Shown here: in pieces, positions 57,134 through 64,000 of the stretch
How the letters are laid out: each line of letters opens with the position of its first letter
Position numbering within the stretch: the first letter of the stretch is position 1
Assembly (NCBI GenBank): GCA_016432325.1
Contig: CP066684.1
Location: forward strand, 512,001-576,000
Direction: 5' to 3'
Origin: Candidatus Aenigmatarchaeota archaeon
Lineage (GTDB): Archaea; Aenigmatarchaeota; Aenigmatarchaeia; PWEA01; JACQIF01
Length of the DNA: 64,000 bases
Notes under the pieces: generated by a model
Seen by the model: only the letters and a program-made list of their open reading frames with translations
Database searches by the model: none
What the model was told of the DNA's origin: nothing
Program-made: the position numbers and the translations under genes

Positions 57134-58450
57134 TTAGGCGGTTTTGTTGCGCAGGGCGCCAAATCCGGGAATTTCAAACTCGGCCGCTCCCTTGTAGTAG
57201 TCGCGTATCCTGCTGAAGAGTGTTTTAATCTCTGGATTTTCATACGACTGCGTCTTAGTCGCTATTCGTTTCAGGGTTCTGTCGGGATCCTCGTTGAATT
57301 CCACTTGGAAATGTTCGACGCCGACCTTGAATATCAGCTCGGAGGCGTCCGTCCTGCTCCGCTTTGTTGTCGATTCGGAGAAGATCTCTTCAAGATTGTC
57401 ATCACTCAGGGGAAAATCAATCGGTTTCAGATGTTTTCCTATCCTAGGGATGATTCTAGGAAGTTGTTTCGCCAGAGTTTCGGCGTCGGGAAACATATTC
57501 GGCCACTCGCGCGTAAATATTTCGACCGCTTCAGACGTATATCCGTCGAGCGCCAGAGAGGCTATCGCGCCAGCCGCCTTGTTTCTTTCTAGAAACTGGC
57601 CTACTTGGTCTTCTGTGGGAGCGATCTTTCTCCTTAAAACATCGCGCCAGCCGTAGTTTATAGCAGCGCAGTATGCCCCCCTATCTACTTTAAAGAGTTC
57701 GACGGCGCTCAATCCTTCCAAGCCGTTCTCCTTCAAGTATGCGACAAACCCATCCTTCCCCATGGCTTTCCAACGACGCCACTTTGTATGCCGCCGTCTC
57801 AGAACATTCCTCCAGCCATGTCTCCTAGCGGCGTCGTACGCCGCATAATCCTTTTTTATGAGTTCGCCGGGGGTCAACTCGTCCAATCCATTCTCCTTCA
57901 AGTATGCAACAAACCTATCCCTGTCCATTGCCTTCCAGTTCCTACCTTTCTTGATTCTTATCAGAAGATCGGTCCAACAATACCTTCTGGCGGCATCATA
58001 CGCTCCCTTGTCTCTATCGTCAAGCTCCTTCGGACTTAGTCCTTCCAAGCCGTTCTCCTTCAAGTAATTTACAAACCCATCCTTCCCCATGGCTTTCCAA
58101 CGACGCCCTTTCTTCCGTTCCAATTTCAAAAGGTCAAGCCAACCATATACACGCGCGGCTCTGTAAGCTCCCGAATCCATTTCGTTGAGTTCCTGTGGAT
58201 GCACTCCTTCAAATCCGTTCTCCTTCAGGTAGCCGGCAAAATCCTCTTTGGTCATTCTGCTCCAATCTCTCTGCTGGGTTCCAGGTATAACATCAAGCCA
58301 ATCGTATCTTCTAGCGGCCTGGTAGGCCCCCTGGTCTTTTCTACTAAGCTCCCCATGGTTCAGCTTATTCAAACCGTTCTCTTTCAAGTAAGCAACGAAT
58401 CCGTCCTTGTCCATCTCTTTCCAGTTTCTTGGCTGTCGCGCCATGTTCAT
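57134..58450 (-). CDS. tandem-repeat protein (5 repeats plus conserved C-terminal domain)
   Basis: W..M.KDGF..YLKENGL..L...EL...D..AY.AA...GW x5. Confidence 0.9.
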   Translation of the reverse strand: MNMARQPRNWKEMDKDGFVAYLKENGLNKLNHGELSRKDQGAYQAARRYDWLDVIPGTQQRDWSRMTKEDFAGYLKENGFEGVHPQELNEMDSGAYRAARVYGWLDLLKLERKKGRRWKAMGKDGFVNYLKENGLEGLSPKELDDRDKGAYDAARRYCWTDLLIRIKKGRNWKAMDRDRFVAYLKENGLDELTPGELIKKDYAAYDAARRHGWRNVLRRRHTKWRRWKAMGKDGFVAYLKENGLEGLSAVELFKVDRGAYCAAINYGWRDVLRRKIAPTEDQVGQFLERNKAAGAIASLALDGYTSEAVEIFTREWPNMFPDAETLAKQLPRIIPRIGKHLKPIDFPLSDDNLEEIFSESTTKRSRTDASELIFKVGVEHFQVEFNEDPDRTLKRIATKTQSYENPEIKTLFSRIRDYYKGAAEFEIPGFGALRNKTA

Positions 58451-59922
58451 GCCTCTCTCAGTTTCCCGAAGCCCGGTATCTCGAACTCCATCGCGTTTCT
58501 ATAGTATTCGTGGACTCTCTTGAAAATGCTTCTAACTTCGGCCTTCTGTTGCGTGTTCACCATTCGTTCCAGCTCGGAAAGGACAGATCGTGGGTCGGCG
58601 TTGAATGTCGCCTGGTAGTGCTGGACTCCTATCTCATAAACAATTCCAGCGAGTTCCTTCCTGGTTGCTTTCGGCAAGTCCTTTGAAAATATCGTCTGGA
58701 GGCGGTCTTCATTGACCGGAAAATCCAGCGGCTTCAAGTGCTTTCCTATCTTGGGGACTATTCTGGGTAGCTGTTTTGCGAGCGTCGCGGCTACCGGAAA
58801 GGCGTTGGGCCATTCGCGCGCGAGTATGTCAACCACGTCGGAGGCGTAGCCGTCAACTGCCAGCGAGGCTATCGCGCTGGCGGCTTTGTTGTTCGCGAGG
58901 AACTTTTTTGCCTGGGTTTCTCTCTGGGCGATCTGTCTTTTCAACAGATCGAGCCACCCGTGTGTGCGAGCTGCTGCGTATGCCCCGCTATCTTTTCTAG
59001 CAAGTTCGCTGGGCGTCAATGTGTCCCATCCATTCGCTTCTAGGTAAGCAAGAAATTCTTCCCTACCAATATTCTTCCAATCTCTCCTCTTTCGTATTTG
59101 CCTTTTCAAAACGTCAAGCCAGTCATGCCTTAGAGCAGCTCCATACGCTTTATCGTCCCTTTTTTGGAGTTCCTCGGGGCTCAATTCAAACAACCCGCGA
59201 TCCTTGAGATATTCAATAAATCCCTTCTTGCCCATAGTCTCCCAGTAATGTCCTTCTGTCGGAGCCCTCCTTAGGATGTCTGTCCAACCGTATTTCTCGG
59301 CAGCATAACTCGCATGCCTGTCTCGCTTCTTAAGTTCGCCACGACTCAGGCCGGCTAACCCCTTATTCGTCAGGTATTGTTCGAATCCCGCTTTCCCCAA
59401 GTTCTTCCAATCTACCTCTTCTTTATCTCTCTTAGTCCTCACAACGTCAAGCCAGCCGTGATTTTTAGCGGCTTCGTATGCTTTTTTATCGATTGTTTGT
59501 AATTCGCCGCGACTCAATTTGTCTAGGTTTCTTTTTTGCAGATACTTGACAAATCCTTCCTTACCCATCGCACTCCAATTCCTTCCACGTGGCTGCTCCC
59601 TTTTCACGATGCTAATCCAGCCGTTTCTACAGGCGGCAGAGTAGGCTCTCAAATCCCTCGTCTGCAGTTCGCCGCGACTCAACCCATCCAACCCCCTCTC
59701 TTTCAGGTAAGCAACGAATCCCTCCTTGCCCATCCCTTCCCAGTCTATTCGCTCTCTTTTTACAGCATCGATCCAGCCGTGTACCTTTGCGGCTTCGTAG
59801 GCAGCCGGGTCTCTTTTCCTAAATTCCCCACGAGGCAAGCCTTCCAAGCCCCTTTCTGCCAGATATTCGATGAATCCGTTTTTGTCCATCTCTTTCCAAC
59901 GCTGTCTAGCCATGCCGAACAC
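58447..59922 (-). CDS. tandem-repeat protein (6 repeats plus conserved C-terminal domain)
   Basis: Same repeat x6; stop overlaps the downstream start. Confidence 0.9.
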   Translation of the reverse strand: MFGMARQRWKEMDKNGFIEYLAERGLEGLPRGEFRKRDPAAYEAAKVHGWIDAVKRERIDWEGMGKEGFVAYLKERGLDGLSRGELQTRDLRAYSAACRNGWISIVKREQPRGRNWSAMGKEGFVKYLQKRNLDKLSRGELQTIDKKAYEAAKNHGWLDVVRTKRDKEEVDWKNLGKAGFEQYLTNKGLAGLSRGELKKRDRHASYAAEKYGWTDILRRAPTEGHYWETMGKKGFIEYLKDRGLFELSPEELQKRDDKAYGAALRHDWLDVLKRQIRKRRDWKNIGREEFLAYLEANGWDTLTPSELARKDSGAYAAARTHGWLDLLKRQIAQRETQAKKFLANNKAASAIASLAVDGYASDVVDILAREWPNAFPVAATLAKQLPRIVPKIGKHLKPLDFPVNEDRLQTIFSKDLPKATRKELAGIVYEIGVQHYQATFNADPRSVLSELERMVNTQQKAEVRSIFKRVHEYYRNAMEFEIPGFGKLREA

Positions 59923-61060
59923 CTTTCATCTTCCCAAATCCAGGTATCTCGAACTCGGCCACAGCACTGTAGTATTCATGTATTCTACAGAAGATGTTTC
60001 TCACTCTCGGATTTTCATACGATTGCGTCTTGGCGTGCATTTTCTCCAGTGTTGCTGCTGGGTCTCTGTTGAATTGAAGTTGGAAATATTCGACGCCGAC
60101 ATTCAAGATTATGTCGGACGCTAGCATGTGGACTCTTTGTGGAACGTGTTCCGAAAATATTAGTTCAAGGTTTTCATTGTTTATGGGGAAATCCAGTGGT
60201 TTCACGTGCTTGCCTACACTGGGCACTATTCTAGGAAGTTGCCTCGCCAGCTCTTCTGCGTCAGGAAACACGCTTGGCCACTCCAGCGCCAATATGTCAG
60301 CCACATCGGAAATGTATCCATCGAACGCAAGTGAAGCTATCGCGTTAGCACTCTGGTTGCTCTCTAGGAATTGCTTTGCCTGCCTTTCTCTCGGGAACGT
60401 CTTTCTCTTCAGTATGTCCAACCAGCCGTGTTTACGAGCGGCTTTGTATGCACCGGGATCCTTTTCAGAGAGGCCTGTCGGGCTCAAGTTCTCCCATCCG
60501 TTCTTTTGCAGATAGTCAATGAAACCCCTCCTCCCCATCTCCTCCCAGTCCCTCGGCGCCCGGCGCGTTCTTTTCAATGCGTCCAACCAGCCGTGTTCGC
60601 GAGCGGCATCATAGGCGCCCGGATCCCTTCTCGCAAGCTCCTTGGGACCCAGCTCCCCCAGCCCTTCTTCCTCCATATAGGAGACGAAGCCCTCTCTGTC
60701 CATCTTCCCCCAGTTCCTTGCTTTCCGTTTCCCTCTCTTCAACACATCCAGCCAGCCGTACTTTTTAGCGGCACGATACGCATCTCCGTCTCTCTTCGCA
60801 AGTTCTGGGGGGCCTACATCGGCCAATCCGTTCTCTCTTAAATATTCGACGAACCTTTCCTTTCCCGTAACGCCCAAGTCCCTCCTGTCTGGGTTCTTTG
60901 CCTTCAAATCCATCCAAGATTCGTGGGCGGCGTCGTATACTAGAGGATTTCTTCTTCGAACCGTTGCTATGTCCTGTTCGTCCATTCCCCTCTCTTTCAG
61001 AAAACCGACGAATCCATCTTCGCCCATTTCCTTCCAGAACTCTTTGTTCCGCGTCATCAC
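59906..61060 (-). CDS. tandem-repeat protein (4 repeats plus conserved C-terminal domain)
   Basis: Same repeat x4; start overlaps the helicase stop. Confidence 0.9.
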   Translation of the reverse strand: MMTRNKEFWKEMGEDGFVGFLKERGMDEQDIATVRRRNPLVYDAAHESWMDLKAKNPDRRDLGVTGKERFVEYLRENGLADVGPPELAKRDGDAYRAAKKYGWLDVLKRGKRKARNWGKMDREGFVSYMEEEGLGELGPKELARRDPGAYDAAREHGWLDALKRTRRAPRDWEEMGRRGFIDYLQKNGWENLSPTGLSEKDPGAYKAARKHGWLDILKRKTFPRERQAKQFLESNQSANAIASLAFDGYISDVADILALEWPSVFPDAEELARQLPRIVPSVGKHVKPLDFPINNENLELIFSEHVPQRVHMLASDIILNVGVEYFQLQFNRDPAATLEKMHAKTQSYENPRVRNIFCRIHEYYSAVAEFEIPGFGKMKGVRHG

Positions 61061-63135
61061 TTCCCCCTCTTCCTGTCGCCTGCAAAGCTCATCTTGATGA
61101 CCCCGGGCGCGGCCTTGCCGCTCTTTCTCAATACGTAGAGGTCCATTCTGCTCGAACTCACGTTTGCGTGGTTGTCCTCACACTCGAAGCCGTAGAGCCT
61201 GAAGTTGTCCATCAGGTCGTTTCTGTCGGCATCGTCAAAATGCTGCGAAGGCACGACTACGATGGCCGAACCGTCGGACTTGAGAACGCGGTTGACCTCC
61301 TGCAGAACGATGGAACGCTCCTTTTTCGGCTCGGCTATGTGGAGGGCCAGAGAGAGGTTGACGAATCCAAAGCTACCATCGCGGTAGGGAAGCGACGAGA
61401 ACGTTCCTTCGGCGTGTGTACTATATGTGAGGCCGAGCTTGCCGCGACCGACCTTGAGGTTGGCTCTGTTGATGTCCAATATATAGGTGGGATGCCCACC
61501 GTGATAAGCGAGCATGCCCGCGCCGCCCGCGAGGTCGAGCCAAGGCTCGCTTGGAGCCAGCTTCTCTGCCACAGGCACGTATATGCTGGCCGCCTTCTTC
61601 GCGCCGCTGTAGTTCGGGTACATCTCGGCTATCTGCTTGGCGACCTCCGGATTCTTTTTAATTCTTCGCAAGGCTCCATCGGTTCCTATGCTCGGCCACT
61701 TCATGTAGTAGTCGAGGACTATCCTGTTGGTCGTCTTGATGGAGTTTTTAATCTTCGGGACCGTGCTCCGCCCGTCCATGTTCAAGAGGTCCTCTCTGGT
61801 TAGCTTGTAGCCTGACATGAGGTAGTCGACCACGCGTTCCTTCGCCTTGAGCATGTCGTACTGGGCCTGATCGAGAGATTTCCTTGCATCGCCCGGATAC
61901 TGGGCAAGGATGTTGTAGACGGTCACGCGCTCCTTCCTCATCTCCCCCGGGCGGACGGTTCTCTTTATGCGCTGGTTGTATTCGGCCGGTGTCCACGGAA
62001 GAGATAAATTCACGACCGCTGTGGCGGCCGTCAGGTCCACGCCCTCGTTCATGACTCCCGTGGAGATAAGAACCTTTGCGCGCGGATCCGTCTGGAACTT
62101 CCGTCTAATACTTTCCCGCTCGCCGTTGGCCACGTCCACATCGCCACTGATTGATACGGCACCATAGTTGGCGTAGCGTCTCTCGAGCTTGCCGACGATG
62201 CCTTCCTTGAGATGCGTGAAGACCAAGACCTTTCCACGCTTCGTTTCGCTCTCCACTATCTCGTCGAGCTTTTCGTACTTCGGCGAGACTGCCAGACCGT
62301 TTGTGATAAGGCTCTGGTCGGCAAGGGATGTATCGAGCAAAATCTTTTCCAGTTGTTTTATCTTCTTGCCGGGATGTAGCCGCTTCTCCAAGACGTCGTT
62401 GTAGGCCTCGAGCCAGCGACCGTCCATTTCAAGCATGACGTTCCGCTCCTTCCACTGGGGGAGTGCGTGACCTATGTAGTCTTGGGCGTTGCCGCGAATC
62501 ATTTTCCTCTGTATCAGGTGCTTGAAAACCTGAGGATCGTTCCAATAGATTGCCTCAAACTTCTGCCTCGCCTCCCTGTTTATGTCAGGGCTGTCTGAGA
62601 GCGGATATTCTTGAGGCTCCAACAGATGCATCAGCATATAGACATCGCTGATGGTATTGGGAACCGGTGTTCCGGAAAGTAGCGTAACGTACTCAGGATC
62701 TTCCGCGAGGCTGCGGATACTCTGGCTCCTGATGGCGCTGGGATTCTTGGTGTTGTGAACCTCGTCGAGAATGATATGGTCGAACCCATTCCTTTTCATC
62801 TTTCTGATAAACCCGTCCTTCCCGTGGGAGAGGAAGTCATAGTGAACTATCGTCCATTCGCTCGTGCCGTCCCATTTCTGGTAGCTGTCAACCGTCAGGT
62901 CAAAGACTTCCTGACCTCTAGGATATGCCCATGTCTCGATTTCATCCTTCCATTTAGACTTGACCGAGTTTGGGCAGACCACCAGGGCCTTTGTGTCGGT
63001 GTCATCACGTCTTATGACATTGTCGACGAAGACTGCCTGAGCTGATTTGTACATGCCCATGTCATGGGCTATAAGGAACCTCTTCTTCTCATACGCGCTC
63101 TTGACGCTGACATATTGAAATGGCTGCAGTTTCAT
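61057..63135 (-). CDS. SNF2-family helicase fused to class I SAM-dependent methyltransferase
   Basis: HDMGMYKS, LDEVH, LSGTP, EGVDL, Q...R..RPG; C-terminal WLDLAGGAG, LPY.DGSF, EVNRVLK.DG. Confidence 0.9.
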   Translation of the reverse strand: MKLQPFQYVSVKSAYEKKRFLIAHDMGMYKSAQAVFVDNVIRRDDTDTKALVVCPNSVKSKWKDEIETWAYPRGQEVFDLTVDSYQKWDGTSEWTIVHYDFLSHGKDGFIRKMKRNGFDHIILDEVHNTKNPSAIRSQSIRSLAEDPEYVTLLSGTPVPNTISDVYMLMHLLEPQEYPLSDSPDINREARQKFEAIYWNDPQVFKHLIQRKMIRGNAQDYIGHALPQWKERNVMLEMDGRWLEAYNDVLEKRLHPGKKIKQLEKILLDTSLADQSLITNGLAVSPKYEKLDEIVESETKRGKVLVFTHLKEGIVGKLERRYANYGAVSISGDVDVANGERESIRRKFQTDPRAKVLISTGVMNEGVDLTAATAVVNLSLPWTPAEYNQRIKRTVRPGEMRKERVTVYNILAQYPGDARKSLDQAQYDMLKAKERVVDYLMSGYKLTREDLLNMDGRSTVPKIKNSIKTTNRIVLDYYMKWPSIGTDGALRRIKKNPEVAKQIAEMYPNYSGAKKAASIYVPVAEKLAPSEPWLDLAGGAGMLAYHGGHPTYILDINRANLKVGRGKLGLTYSTHAEGTFSSLPYRDGSFGFVNLSLALHIAEPKKERSIVLQEVNRVLKSDGSAIVVVPSQHFDDADRNDLMDNFRLYGFECEDNHANVSSSRMDLYVLRKSGKAAPGVIKMSFAGDRKRGK

Positions 63136-63316
63136 GTCTACCCCAAACGGTATGGATAGGAAGTTTTAAATAGGTCACCACCTATGGACGACGACGTCTA
63201 ATTGACATCAATGGATCCACCACAAGCTGTGCCTATAGAAGCAACTGTCTGTTCGGCCGATGGTCGACCCATAGACTCTCTCACTCCGATATTAATATGG
63301 TTAGAGAATATCATTC

Positions 63317-64000
63317 ATGCCGTCCCTACGCGACTGCCTTCTGGCAGGCCAGAAACAGAAGGCTCTTGAAAAGCTCAAGGACGCGGACCGCAGAGAGGCG
63401 CTCAACGCGCTCTTTTTCGCGGCCGCCCACTCGAAGGACGCGTACTCTCTCGTACTGGTCGATTCGGTGCGCGAGGCTCTGGACTACTTCCCCGAGGACG
63501 ACAAAACGCTCCTCAGAGCGTGCGCCCTGCGGATGATGGAAACGAAGAAAAGGGACTGGAAAGAGCCTCGGCCCGTGAAATACTCGGGAGACCCTCTCAA
63601 ACACTATCTGGACGCGTTGAGAAGCAACAAGCCGGAGGATGCTCGTTTTTTGTCGCGTGAGGTGCTGAAGAAGGTCGGACTGAAAACGCTCGCGGACTCA
63701 TGGCTGCACGGGACAGTGGAAAATCCGGGACCAGCCGGCACGCACTTCGTCGTGGCGAGCGCTTGCAGGCGCACTCTGGCGTTCGCCGATTCTGAGACTA
63801 CAGAACCTCTCCTGTTCTGGGCGTCCGAATATTTCGCGGGAAAGATTCCTCAGAAGACGGAGGAGGCCATAGAAGTGGAGGACTTCGAAGAGCTGACGTC
63901 TGATGTGGAGAGGCTCAAGAGGATATCGATGCGGCCCGGAGAAGCGTGTTCAAACATCGTTTTCATGCACAGGATAAAGCAGAACCTGAACGCCGTGGGA
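63317..64000 (+). CDS. hypothetical helical protein, 5' part (runs off window end)
   Basis: MPSLRDCLLAGQKQKALEKL... open to base 64000. Confidence 0.65.
   Translation, partial: MPSLRDCLLAGQKQKALEKLKDADRREALNALFFAAAHSKDAYSLVLVDSVREALDYFPEDDKTLLRACALRMMETKKRDWKEPRPVKYSGDPLKHYLDALRSNKPEDARFLSREVLKKVGLKTLADSWLHGTVENPGPAGTHFVVASACRRTLAFADSETTEPLLFWASEYFAGKIPQKTEEAIEVEDFEELTSDVERLKRISMRPGEACSNIVFMHRIKQNLNAVG

Noticed and set aside
57134-61060. CRISPR array or non-coding repeat
   Set aside because: The repeats are in-frame protein repeats with codon-level divergence; no repeat-spacer array or cas genes are present in the window
55809-63135. Integrated mobile element carrying the helicase operon
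   Set aside because: No integrase, transposase or att repeats seen; only a compositional shift

Overview
This 64 kb window is GC-rich archaeal chromosome, probably DPANN-like (inference from gene content). Housekeeping genes include LeuRS, AlaRS, ValRS, EF-2, aRF1, ftsZ-secE-spt5, rpl1-rpl10-rpl12, rpl40e, RFC small and large subunits, MinD, HtpX, NOG1 and purK/purE. They are interspersed with accessory genes: type IV pilins, pilin-LamG adhesins, a Cys-rich metal/redox cluster, Fic, a SagB pair and a CARF-HTH regulator. Five things stand out. (1) A translationally coupled four-gene operon (57134-63135) encodes an SNF2 helicase-methyltransferase fusion and three paralogues built from 4, 6 and 5 tandem ~55-aa helical repeats plus a shared C-terminal domain; it is a candidate modular nucleic-acid recognition/defence system. 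(2) Four tRNA genes sit in apparent intergenic space: Arg-UCU and Gln-CUG have three introns each, Pro-UGG has two and Thr-GGU has one. (3) A palindromic sequence module is shared by tRNA introns and an in-frame insertion in a prepilin leader. (4) An unassigned pseudoknotted structured RNA lies between ftsZ and secE. (5) The RFC large subunit probably starts at ATT. All calls were made by eye; no searches were run.
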